Source of the DNA: a virus
DNA: 39,410 nt
Virus record (IMG/VR): IMGVR_UViG_3300045988_098250
Span: 1-39,410 of that record
Strand: one strand, 5' to 3'
The notes under the pieces were generated by a model. That model did no database searches and was not told the origin of the DNA. It saw only the letters and a list, made by a program, of their open reading frames with translations. The translations under genes were made by a program, and so were the position numbers. This document shows, one piece after another, positions 7,220 through 15,825 of this stretch. The stretch's first letter is position 1; each line of letters opens with the position of its first letter.

Positions 7220-8344
7220 ATGCCAAAACAATTGAATAAAGAGATTACCAAATATACTTTAAAATCTGGGAAAGTTAGATACAGATTTAAAACATATCTA
7301 GGCATGGACGATAGTGGCAAGCGTGTTATGGTTACTCGTCAAGGCTTTAAGACATATCAAGAAGCTAACGCTGTTTATAAGAAACTTCGTGCTAAAGGTA
7401 CTCAAGGATATACCAAGCCTAAACAAGCTACAGTAGGTCAGGTGTGGGATCTATGGTTTGATAATTACAAAAAACACGCAAAAGAATCCACGGCTCATAA
7501 GATGGAAGAGACTTACGATAATCATATAAAGACAGATTTTGGCAATGTTTATATTGATAAAATTAAGCCTGCTAAAATTCAAAAATGGATTAACAACCTA
7601 TCGACTGTTTTAGTAAGATATCGACCAGCTTTTAACCTACTTAGCAATTTAATCAACTATGCTATCGTTCTAGGCTATGCAAATATTAATCCTACTAAGA
7701 AAGTAATTGTCCCTGCTAAAACATCTGTAAAGAAACGTAGAGATACTAAAAATAACTACTATGATAGTCCAGAACAAGTAAGGGAATTTTTAAATGCTGC
7801 TAAAAAAGATAGTGAAATAGCATACATGTACTTTAAGCTTTTAAGTTCAACCGGACTTAGAAAAAGTGAAGCTCTAGCCCTTAAGTGGGATGACATTGAT
7901 TTTGAAAAGAATGTTATTCATGTTACTAAAACCATAAATGTGGGCTTTAATAACGTAGAACTTATTGCTCCACCAAAAACAAAAGAATCATATAGGGATG
8001 TACCATTGTCAAAAAGTCTGAAAGTAGACTTGATGAAGTATCGCAGTAATATTTATGACTTTGTTTTCTGTAAAGCAAATGGAGACCACCTTAACTTAGC
8101 TACACCGGCACATTGGTTACAAAGGATTTATAAAAATAATTCCAATTTAAAACAGATAACCATTCATGGTTTTAGACATACCTTTGCTACTCTTATGCTT
8201 CAACCAGGTACCGGAAATACTCCGAAAGATGTTCAAAAAATTCTAGGACATTCAACGATAGATATGACTTTGAACATTTATACCCATGAAAGTAAAAAGG
8301 GTCAACAAAACATAATTCGTTCCATTGACGCCTTAAATATTTAA
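7220..8344 (+). CDS. int: Tyrosine site-specific integrase
   Basis: 374 aa. RKSEALALKWDDID (Arg box), HGFRHTFATLML and LGHSTIDMTLNIYTH (H-x-x-R ... Y catalytic signature). SD is AGGAGG. Confidence 0.92.
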   Translation: MPKQLNKEITKYTLKSGKVRYRFKTYLGMDDSGKRVMVTRQGFKTYQEANAVYKKLRAKGTQGYTKPKQATVGQVWDLWFDNYKKHAKESTAHKMEETYDNHIKTDFGNVYIDKIKPAKIQKWINNLSTVLVRYRPAFNLLSNLINYAIVLGYANINPTKKVIVPAKTSVKKRRDTKNNYYDSPEQVREFLNAAKKDSEIAYMYFKLLSSTGLRKSEALALKWDDIDFEKNVIHVTKTINVGFNNVELIAPPKTKESYRDVPLSKSLKVDLMKYRSNIYDFVFCKANGDHLNLATPAHWLQRIYKNNSNLKQITIHGFRHTFATLMLQPGTGNTPKDVQKILGHSTIDMTLNIYTHESKKGQQNIIRSIDALNI

Positions 8345-8653
8345 TTCTGTGCTTTTTCTGTGAAAGACAGTCAGATTTAGTGAAGAATGTTAATATATAG
8401 CGGTTTGTTTTAAGCAAACCGCTTTTTTAATGGAGCTTTGGACATTCCAATTATATACACATCCTTTCGCAATAGTGTGTTATATCAGCATTTTCAAAAA
8501 TTTATTCGTTTTAATTCTGATTATTTAATATTTTTATTCTGTACTTTTTCTGTGATTTTCTGTACTTAAACTTGGATCAGTTTTACTGAAAACTACTATA
8601 AAGTATACCAGCTTACTTTCAAAAAATTAACTATTAATCTTTGCACACACGAC
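8344..8653. other. Putative attP region with arm-type repeats
   Basis: Non-coding, adjacent to int. The 20-bp repeat attctgt(g/a)ctttttctgtga lies at 8344..8363 and 8536..8555, with an extra ttttctgtac at 8557..8565. acattccaa at 8442..8450 recurs at 8850..8858. The core site is not identifiable without the host sequence. Confidence 0.4.
8399..8428 (+). terminator. Rho-independent terminator downstream of int
   Basis: agcggtttg-ttttaag-caaaccgct: 9-bp perfect stem followed by a T-run. Confidence 0.75.
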
Positions 8654-8691
8654 AAAAAAGCCACCCCAGAGAATTTTATCTCCAGAGTGGC
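8654..8691 (-). terminator. Rho-independent terminator ending the late (lysis) operon
   Basis: On the minus strand: GCCACTCTGGAGA-taaaat-TCTCTGGGGTGGC (13 bp including G-U pairs) followed by TTTTTT, about 180 nt past the lysin stop. Confidence 0.65.
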
Positions 8692-8867
8692 TTTTAAAAC
8701 ATGTTTTAATTCGCTTCATTATTAATAATTCATCTAGACACTTCAAAGAGATCGAATTATCGCAATAGGCTCCGTAGAGTTATCTATCACTACAGTGGTT
8801 CAAGTATAACATAATTTTCGTATTCGAAATATGCCAAAAATGTTCCAAAACATTCCAAAATTTATTT

Positions 8868-9818
8868 CTATTCAAATCTTCCCCATGGATCGTTACCTTG
8901 ACGACATACTAAGAAACCGGGTTCTCCGTCAGCTCTTGGTTGTCTAATCCAGACATAGCCACCATGACGACTGTAAGCATCGTACTTAACGCAATCGCCC
9001 TTGGTTACTGTACCAATGATATCGCTGGTAGTTCTAGCGCCATAGCGAACATTGATAGTGCCGTTTGGATAGAACTTACCTTCTTCCTTGTACCAAGTAT
9101 CACCAATCTCATCAACCCAAGATTGTGGTGTTGATTGCTTAACAGCCGGCTTAGATGGTTGGGCTACTGGCTTGCCGTCAGTCTTAAGATCAACTAGAGA
9201 GATGTTTCCGTCAACGTTTAAGCCACGCCAGTTATCTGTGAACTGCCAGATTGCTACATTATCCATAGATGGGAACCAGCCAAAGTCTGGGTTATCTAAA
9301 CGAGTACCGCTTTTGTATTCATAAGATGCAATCCATAGACAAGTGCCATACTTTGCAGTTACTTTCTTAACATCAACTTTCTTGTTTAGGATCTCTTTTC
9401 CTGAGTAAAGTAAAGGCTTGTACCCCGCACTTGCTACCGTATCCATGAAAGCAAGGATAGCGTCAGCATTAGTAGCACCATCGCCTTGAGTTGTACTGTT
9501 ACCGCTGCCTTCTTCATAGTCGCAAGCTAAGTAATAACCAGGAACGATACCAGCTTGTTTTGCTGAAGAAACTGCATAGTTACCTTCTAGCACCGCTTGA
9601 CTACGGCTTGCGCTAAAATGTGCATAGTGATAACCAGCTGACATCATGCCATTAGCATTTGCACTATTCACTTGTGCCTGTGCTTTAGGATTTTGATAGT
9701 TCAGGCCTTCTGATACCTTTACAATTGCATACTTAGCTCCAGCTGATGCCATAGTTGATAGGTTAGATGCCTGCCAATCAGATACATCTACTCCGTAACT
9801 TCTTTTTGCTACTTCCAT
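8868..9818 (-). CDS. Endolysin: GH25 muramidase with C-terminal SH3b-like cell-wall-binding region
   Basis: The N-terminus YGVDVSDWQ...AKYAIVKVSEG...AGYHYAHF is typical of GH25 (Lyz2). A Pro/Lys-rich linker is followed by a W/Y/G-rich C-terminal domain. Confidence 0.9.
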   Translation of the reverse strand: MEVAKRSYGVDVSDWQASNLSTMASAGAKYAIVKVSEGLNYQNPKAQAQVNSANANGMMSAGYHYAHFSASRSQAVLEGNYAVSSAKQAGIVPGYYLACDYEEGSGNSTTQGDGATNADAILAFMDTVASAGYKPLLYSGKEILNKKVDVKKVTAKYGTCLWIASYEYKSGTRLDNPDFGWFPSMDNVAIWQFTDNWRGLNVDGNISLVDLKTDGKPVAQPSKPAVKQSTPQSWVDEIGDTWYKEEGKFYPNGTINVRYGARTTSDIIGTVTKGDCVKYDAYSRHGGYVWIRQPRADGEPGFLVCRQGNDPWGRFE

Positions 9819-9878
9819 ATATGTTACCTCCTTTATAATTCGGATCTAATCTTTTGGCCAACCGTTAGTTAGATCACT

Positions 9879-10283
9879 TTATTCGGCTTTTGTGTCTTGG
9901 CCAAAACTTGCAGTAATGGTTTTGCTCGGCTTATCAACAGTATCTGCAATTGATTGAGCTTGTTTCATAGCTGTAACTGACTTTTCAGCAAGTCCCTTTA
10001 AAAAGCTTGTTGGTAGACTTGGCAAGTGAGCCATAGTTAAAAGAATATTGAGAGTATTGATTACGAATTCTAACTTATCTTCGCCACTCCCTCCCCTCTT
10101 CTCGGCCTGATAGACAAGGGGAGTTACAGAATGAGCTGCAAGTTGCTCAGACTTAGCAAGTAAGTCACCTTGTGCTGCTTTTCTATCAATCTCAATTTTG
10201 TGCTTACTATAAATAGAAACAATAACAACCGCTGCAACTGATAAAACGACAATTGCTGTTTCTAATAATTGGCTGAAATTCAT
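9879..10283 (-). CDS. Holin, LL-H-like (single N-terminal TM)
   Basis: 134 aa with N-terminal TM LLETAIVVLSVAAVVIVSIY. Located immediately upstream of the lysin. Architecture matches my recollection of LL-H family holins. Confidence 0.6.
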   Translation of the reverse strand: MNFSQLLETAIVVLSVAAVVIVSIYSKHKIEIDRKAAQGDLLAKSEQLAAHSVTPLVYQAEKRGGSGEDKLEFVINTLNILLTMAHLPSLPTSFLKGLAEKSVTAMKQAQSIADTVDKPSKTITASFGQDTKAE

Positions 10284-10477
10284 TATTTAGCCTCCTTTAA
10301 ATCTTCAATACGTAATTTCAAAACCTTTGCGTACTTATCCATTGCTTGTTTTTGCTCTTTTAAGAGTCGGAGTTGGTTAGCTGACAAGGTCTTTTTGTTC
10401 TGCTTTGATAAAAATTTGGATAACTTATTACGCTTGGTATTTAACTCTTTCAATTCTTTTTCTAGTTTCTTAATCAT
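10283..10477 (-). CDS. 64-aa coiled-coil, Lys-rich protein in the lysis cassette
   Basis: I chose the start at ATG 10477 (AGGAGG 6 nt upstream) instead of track position 10537. Sequence begins MIKKLEKELKELNTKRNKLSKF. Confidence 0.5.
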   Translation of the reverse strand: MIKKLEKELKELNTKRNKLSKFLSKQNKKTLSANQLRLLKEQKQAMDKYAKVLKLRIEDLKEAK

Positions 10478-10655
10478 GTTTGTCCTCCTTAAGTTTCTTC
10501 TGTAACTTCTTAATTTCATTTTGAATATCGTCAACACTCATATCCGACTTGTCTGATGAAGCGTTGTGCTTGGTTTTGGCAATAATCTGACAAAAGGCAG
10601 AAATCGACCCAATTAACGCCGAAATCGCTAATAGCAGATTGCTTAAGTCTTGCAA
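10470..10655 (-). CDS. 61-aa single-TM protein in the lysis cassette
   Basis: Hydrophobic segment LSNLLLAISALIGSISAFCQII. Probable TTG start at 10655, 8 nt after AGGAGG (the track start at 10664 is a GTG inside the SD). Confidence 0.5.
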   Translation of the reverse strand: MQDLSNLLLAISALIGSISAFCQIIAKTKHNASSDKSDMSVDDIQNEIKKLQKKLKEDKHD

Positions 10656-10667
10656 GCGCCCCACCTC

Positions 10668-11078
10668 CTATAAGTAATGAGCCACTAGTAGAACTAAGCT
10701 AAATAGGATTAGTTCTCCAATCACGTTAAGTCCCATAACCCAATAATTAGACATGATTACATGAAGCAGTGACAAGGTAGCCATTGATAGGCTTATAGCA
10801 CCTGAGCAAACTAATAAAGTTGCTATAATCTTGCGGTTCTTTATACCGAAAATTGTGCATAAAAAAAGCACTAGCCCAACTAGTACTACAAAAGTGTCAA
10901 TTCGAATGTCGTTTTCTATGTTTGACCAATCAGGCGGCCAGAGGAAATAATGTTGATCGCTGAATAAAAAACATCCAATCCCCGTAACCCATAGTGAAAT
11001 TAGCCCCTGCAAGATAGTTAAAACTAACTTAAGTGGATCTGATCTGATTTTTTGATAATTCTTTAGCATTTTTGTCAC
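10668..11078 (-). CDS. Four-TM membrane protein (holin-like or immunity-like, function unknown)
   Basis: 136 aa with four hydrophobic stretches. It is the first gene of the lysis-proximal cluster. Confidence 0.6.
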   Translation of the reverse strand: MTKMLKNYQKIRSDPLKLVLTILQGLISLWVTGIGCFLFSDQHYFLWPPDWSNIENDIRIDTFVVLVGLVLFLCTIFGIKNRKIIATLLVCSGAISLSMATLSLLHVIMSNYWVMGLNVIGELILFSLVLLVAHYL

Positions 11079-11130
11079 CTTTAATAGCCGCCCTTACGTA
11101 CTGTTTATTTTTTAGGCGACTTTTGATTTA

Positions 11131-11565
11131 CTAAGCTAATTCATTCTTGATGTATAGAGCAGTTGCAGAAACTGAATTGGAACTATTAGTGATAGTCCAC
11201 TGTGGAGTGTAAACCCAGATTTGACCATTGCTATTTAATTTACTGGACATATAAGTTGTGCTAACAAAGCCATTAGTTTGAGAGCCAATCCAGCATTGGA
11301 AAGTATAACCAGGTACGGAAGGGGCAGAAACGTCAAAACTAACTCCAATTTCAGTATTTTTATCTGGGTTAGTGGCTTTATCTGCTTGAGTAGAAGTTAA
11401 AACAGATACCTCTTCAAAGTGCAAAGCTTGATGTACTGAAAACATGTTTCCAATAGTGCCTAAAGTTGTGCGCTTTAATCCATCTTGTGAGTTGCCAATT
11501 AATACACTGTCTGTAGTTGCTGGGTTACCGTTTTCTGATAAATCCATAAATTTAATATCTGCCAT
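11131..11565 (-). CDS. Tail fibre / baseplate-associated small protein
   Basis: 144 aa. N-terminus MADIKFMDLSENGNPATTDSVLIGNSQDGLKRTTLGTIGNMF is the attachment-type motif seen at N-termini of Firmicutes phage fibre proteins. Located after the receptor-binding protein gene. Confidence 0.55.
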   Translation of the reverse strand: MADIKFMDLSENGNPATTDSVLIGNSQDGLKRTTLGTIGNMFSVHQALHFEEVSVLTSTQADKATNPDKNTEIGVSFDVSAPSVPGYTFQCWIGSQTNGFVSTTYMSSKLNSNGQIWVYTPQWTITNSSNSVSATALYIKNELA

Positions 11566-11582
11566 AATAATTTTCTCCTTTA

Positions 11583-14099
11583 TTAGTTATTAAAATATTT
11601 GTTTTTCAACCATGCTATACGCTGCATGTACCATCTGCCAATACGGTTTATATTATCAACCGATGTATTTTGCATACCAGGCCAGCGTTCAAGTTCTGCA
11701 TTAAAAGCAGTAAGTGGAATATGTCTTACATAATCAACAAAAGCTGTATCTACGGCTGAATCTGACATGACGCCATCAATCAAAGCCTTAGTACGTTTTA
11801 AGATCTCCTCCTTATAGAACTTCCATAGCTGATACATCAGTCGGTTAGCATTGGTTACATTCTCGAACGTTACGCCATGGTCTCGCCAATCGTTTGTATC
11901 CGACTTAGCGTGTAGATGTTCCCAAAAGTCTGGTGTTCGCCCAAAGATTGAATCCAAGTCATATGCTGCAATGTACCACTTTTTGCCATCAAATGTTTGT
12001 AGCAAGTAGTTTCTGAAAATGCCATCATCATTATCAACTAAAACTGAAAAGATGTAGTAGTCAATGGCACTATCTATATCAAGTAATGGACTAACTGCTT
12101 TGTTAAAATCATCTACTGTATCATAGTTAGCCAATACAGCTCTGATTAACTCATTTACTGAATCCTTAGCCCAGGTTGTGTCCTTGGTACTGCAGAATTG
12201 CAATTCCATTTTGTCATCTTTCAAGTTAGTTTCTTTTAAGAAAGCACCTTGTGGCGACCAAATAGTATCAATAATTGCATATTTATGCTCAGACTTCTTA
12301 GGCATCTTAGCCATCCAGTCATCCTTAGGAATGCTGAATGAATAAAGCCCCCAGTATTGATCGTTGATATAAACAGCAATTGGAAAACCATCTACCGCTC
12401 CATAAGTGCCACCAATTGATAATTGTGGATCGGTTTCTGCAACTATGCGATTACCTTTGCTATCTACTAATTGATCACCGTTAATGTTGATAATTCCTGT
12501 ATCAGCATGCTTATGCGTATCTCTGATACTTCCCCATAATCTAGCGCCAACCACGTTTAACGCTTGCGAAGGATCTGCATAATTAGCCTTGATTACATAC
12601 TTATGATTTTTGCCGTATCCACTAATACCTTCAAAACTCGTGTCAAGGTTCAAAGTATAATTCTTTTTAGGCCAAGCCACACTAGAGGATCCCTGTACTT
12701 TAAACTTCTCTACAGTCCCAGATACTCTATAAGCCGGAAAACTATAAGTAACCTCGTTCGTTAAGGTCTTGGTTTTATCTTTTAAAGATAATATATTGCT
12801 GCCCAAGAGATAAAGAACTGGCATACCATACTTTTCAGGCTTGAAACTAGTAGCATTTTTAATTGCTTCTCCAACCGCTTGACCATCTGCTGGCAATCCT
12901 GCTTGCGTAAGAGTAACGTCTGTTAACGGTAGCCACTTATAGCCACCAATTCGATTACCATAGTCATCAGTGATATGATTGCCCGCATCATCAACTAGCA
13001 AGATATCCATTAGATGACCAGCACCCTTTAAGTTCTGAATATCAACGCTATTCTTCTTAATTCCTAGTGAATTAAGTCCAATATCATTGGTATTTTGATT
13101 GATTTTACCCTCTTGCTTTATCAAGTCTTCCTTAAGTGGTGCTAATTCAGAGTTTTCAATGCCAATAGCCTGATACTCACCGCAATCTTTCCAAGCACCA
13201 TAGAGATAGACCCACTTGTGACCAGTATCTGCTGTGATGAAAATACCGTCTGCGCCGTTAGGATAGTTTGCAGTTAACTCCCCAGCATTTGCAACTGCAA
13301 TTGGATTAGTTTTCATTTGAGACAATCTGTCGTTAATAGCATTGTTCATCGTATCCATACCGCTTTGAAATTCAGGTCTGGTTACGATGTCATAGTTAGC
13401 AATTTGTTGTTGAGTACCAGCTAAATGTTGCGAGATATTTGACTGCTCAGCACGGTTGGCTCTAATTTCTCCGTTTAAAGCATCAAGGCTATCTCTAGAT
13501 GTTCGAAGAGATGCACTGATATCGTTCTTAGTTTGGGCAACAAACTGATCGACTTTTTGAGTGCCATTAGCAACCATTTGATCAGTCTTAACTTCGTATT
13601 CTCGTGCTAATCTATCTAACTCTGCACTGTAGTACTTAGTGGTCTCACCAACTCTAAGGTCGTTACCTAAGACTTCAAAGACAATATTGACGCTTGTAAG
13701 AACGTTACCGTTAGTATCTTTAAGTCCAAAGTGGCCTTTAAAAATTCCTTCTTGCGGAAACATTTGATCTTCAAGAGTATAGTCCATGAAGCCACCATCA
13801 TGACCATTATCAGTTGAACCTTGCCACTCACGGTAAAGTGCATCTGGTGCCATGATGATTTCTTTTGTGTCTGGCTCTTCATAGTGTTTTCCAACCATAC
13901 CTTTGATAAAAGGAATAAATCCATGAACGTTCATTACACGTCCTTGGTCATACCATTTAAAAGTAAGGATTTTTCCATTATCACCCACTCTTGTTTTGAA
14001 GAAGTTGCTTAATCTTGCATAGTCTTCCCCTTCTTTTGCGATATCAGCAGGAAAGTAATATGGTTGACCACCGTTATTAATTGTTGGCATATTATTCAT
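11583..14099 (-). CDS. Baseplate / receptor-binding protein: BppU-like N-terminus, coiled-coil stalk, CotH-like C-terminal domain
   Basis: 838 aa. The N-terminus PYYFPADIAKEGEDYARLSNFFKTRVGDNGKILTFKWYDQGRVMNVHGF is BppU_N-like. C-terminal motifs look CotH-like: KKNYTLNLD, KANYADPSQALNVVGARLW, VYINDQYWGLYSF, RNYLLQTFDGKKWYIAAYDLDSIFG. Confidence 0.75.
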   Translation of the reverse strand: MNNMPTINNGGQPYYFPADIAKEGEDYARLSNFFKTRVGDNGKILTFKWYDQGRVMNVHGFIPFIKGMVGKHYEEPDTKEIIMAPDALYREWQGSTDNGHDGGFMDYTLEDQMFPQEGIFKGHFGLKDTNGNVLTSVNIVFEVLGNDLRVGETTKYYSAELDRLAREYEVKTDQMVANGTQKVDQFVAQTKNDISASLRTSRDSLDALNGEIRANRAEQSNISQHLAGTQQQIANYDIVTRPEFQSGMDTMNNAINDRLSQMKTNPIAVANAGELTANYPNGADGIFITADTGHKWVYLYGAWKDCGEYQAIGIENSELAPLKEDLIKQEGKINQNTNDIGLNSLGIKKNSVDIQNLKGAGHLMDILLVDDAGNHITDDYGNRIGGYKWLPLTDVTLTQAGLPADGQAVGEAIKNATSFKPEKYGMPVLYLLGSNILSLKDKTKTLTNEVTYSFPAYRVSGTVEKFKVQGSSSVAWPKKNYTLNLDTSFEGISGYGKNHKYVIKANYADPSQALNVVGARLWGSIRDTHKHADTGIININGDQLVDSKGNRIVAETDPQLSIGGTYGAVDGFPIAVYINDQYWGLYSFSIPKDDWMAKMPKKSEHKYAIIDTIWSPQGAFLKETNLKDDKMELQFCSTKDTTWAKDSVNELIRAVLANYDTVDDFNKAVSPLLDIDSAIDYYIFSVLVDNDDGIFRNYLLQTFDGKKWYIAAYDLDSIFGRTPDFWEHLHAKSDTNDWRDHGVTFENVTNANRLMYQLWKFYKEEILKRTKALIDGVMSDSAVDTAFVDYVRHIPLTAFNAELERWPGMQNTSVDNINRIGRWYMQRIAWLKNKYFNN

Positions 14100-14428
14100 T
14101 AGTCAAGTTTCACCTCCTCAGCTATTTGACTATGATTGTCTTCATTTGAACTAATTGTATGAACTGCTGTAGCCCCATCGCCAAAGACGGCCAGACTTAA
14201 CTTTGCTACTTGATCTTCTAGTTTCTTAATCCTAGTTTCTTTTTCTTTCTTATCTTTTGCGTTACTATCCTGGTCACCAAGAACATCATCATATTTTTGC
14301 TCTGTGCTTTGAACCTTACCCTCAAGTTCAGCAAACTTCCGGTTTCCAGCCTCCCAGTTTCTATTCAAATGTTCTCTAAAAGTGGAATCTTGTGTTGGTG
14401 ATCCCTCTTGCTCAAAAACATTAGCCAT
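14099..14428 (-). CDS. Coiled-coil tail-associated protein, unknown function
   Basis: 109-aa ORF. TAATG overlap with the downstream receptor-binding protein gene. Confidence 0.55.
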   Translation of the reverse strand: MANVFEQEGSPTQDSTFREHLNRNWEAGNRKFAELEGKVQSTEQKYDDVLGDQDSNAKDKKEKETRIKKLEDQVAKLSLAVFGDGATAVHTISSNEDNHSQIAEEVKLD

Positions 14429-14445
14429 CTACTCACTTCCTTTGC

Positions 14446-14472
14446 AAAAAAAACAGCCCTAGGTGGACTGTT
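14446..14472 (-). terminator. Intrinsic terminator-like hairpin inside the tail gene block
   Basis: On the minus strand: AACAGTCC-accta-GGGCTGTT (8 bp, one G-U) followed by T8, in the 63-nt gap between Tal and the 109-aa gene. Confidence 0.6.
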
Positions 14473-14491
14473 TAGTACTATTATCATCATT

Positions 14492-15814
14492 TTAATTATT
14501 GCCTTTATCAGTTGTATCTTTATCCTTATCTTTTTGACTTTCTAAAAGCTGCTGCAATTCCTGCTGTAGTTTTTCAATACTTTGCGTATTTTCTAATTGG
14601 CTTTCTCCCCAGGTGGTTGTGAATTTATCTAAACCCGCATTAGCTTTATGTACTATTTCAGCTAAATTGCTCATTTTAAGATTCATACTGGTATACCACT
14701 CACGATATTTATCTTGTTGGTTATGATGATAAGTCACGTAATCAATCAAATCAAAAGCTAAATTGCCAAAAGTAATTGTATTACCTTTACTTGGATCTTG
14801 CGGATATGAAGTAATCGATTGAACTCTTGTTTCAACATCAATACCTTGCCTAGTTCGCAGATACCCATAGTCACCAATACTGACATCATGTAGATACTTG
14901 GCAAACTTCTTAAAGTTAGCACCATCAACTGTGTACTGAACGCTTGGATAATCATGGACTAGATTTTTAACCTTATCATCAAGCAATTGTTGACTCATTA
15001 CAAAGGACTTACCATCATCAGTGAAATCTTCTGTGTAAGGCGTGGCATCGATAATTGGCCAGCCTTTTTCTTTAACCAATGGAGAAATATAAATTGAAGT
15101 TAATGTATTCACACTAGAATTATCTCCAGTTTGCTTAGTGATATTAATGGTCCCTGTAGCTCTAGTAGTTATTGCTGTATCGTCTTCTTGAACTGATATC
15201 TTAGTACAATTCACATTGTCAACGAAGACAAATTTATCTTTACCGCCAATCTCTTTTGCTACATAGCAAGTCTTGTTTTTCCAATAGTATTCAACACCGT
15301 AGCTAGTTGCTGCAGTTTGTAAAAGTTCGTCAGCATAACCGCCACCTAACCCATCACTAAATGTTTTAACCGAGTTTTGATTTACATCTGCACCAATAAC
15401 AACGTCAAAGCCTGAATCCTTGAATAGAAAGTTCAGAGCATCTTTGATTTTAACTGGTTTAGATGTTGTTGACGTGTCTGTACTATCACCACTCTTAGTC
15501 GCGGTAGTTTCCACACCAATCTTATCTTTGACATAGTGATAATGGAACATTCTGGCAATTTGTATTGCACTTACTGAGTACTGTATATAGTTGCCTATAT
15601 CATCAGTATTGTAAGTCTGCAGTACATAGTCTTCTCCTCTTTCAGGGACGTTAATCACACTAAAAGGTGCTAAAGCCTCACCATCTACCTTATTGGTATG
15701 CAAATTATAAAAGTTGAAACTCAACGTGTCTAAGCTACCCAGAGTTGATGTTACTTGAACATCTTGACCTTTAACGATTGCTACTTGGCCAGCAGCATTC
15801 TTAATTGATATCAA
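14492..15814 (-). CDS. Tail-associated protein Tal / baseplate hub (prophage tail endopeptidase family)
   Basis: 440 aa, directly after Dit. The N-terminus and size fit siphovirus Tal N-terminal structural domains. The call is largely position-based. Confidence 0.65.
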   Translation of the reverse strand: MISIKNAAGQVAIVKGQDVQVTSTLGSLDTLSFNFYNLHTNKVDGEALAPFSVINVPERGEDYVLQTYNTDDIGNYIQYSVSAIQIARMFHYHYVKDKIGVETTATKSGDSTDTSTTSKPVKIKDALNFLFKDSGFDVVIGADVNQNSVKTFSDGLGGGYADELLQTAATSYGVEYYWKNKTCYVAKEIGGKDKFVFVDNVNCTKISVQEDDTAITTRATGTINITKQTGDNSSVNTLTSIYISPLVKEKGWPIIDATPYTEDFTDDGKSFVMSQQLLDDKVKNLVHDYPSVQYTVDGANFKKFAKYLHDVSIGDYGYLRTRQGIDVETRVQSITSYPQDPSKGNTITFGNLAFDLIDYVTYHHNQQDKYREWYTSMNLKMSNLAEIVHKANAGLDKFTTTWGESQLENTQSIEKLQQELQQLLESQKDKDKDTTDKGNN

Positions 15815-15825
15815 GTAATCATCTC

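Noticed and set aside
8193-8417. Minus-strand 74-aa ORF overlapping the 3' end of int.
   Set aside because: It is antisense to the conserved integrase catalytic region and runs through the int terminator. It has no SD.
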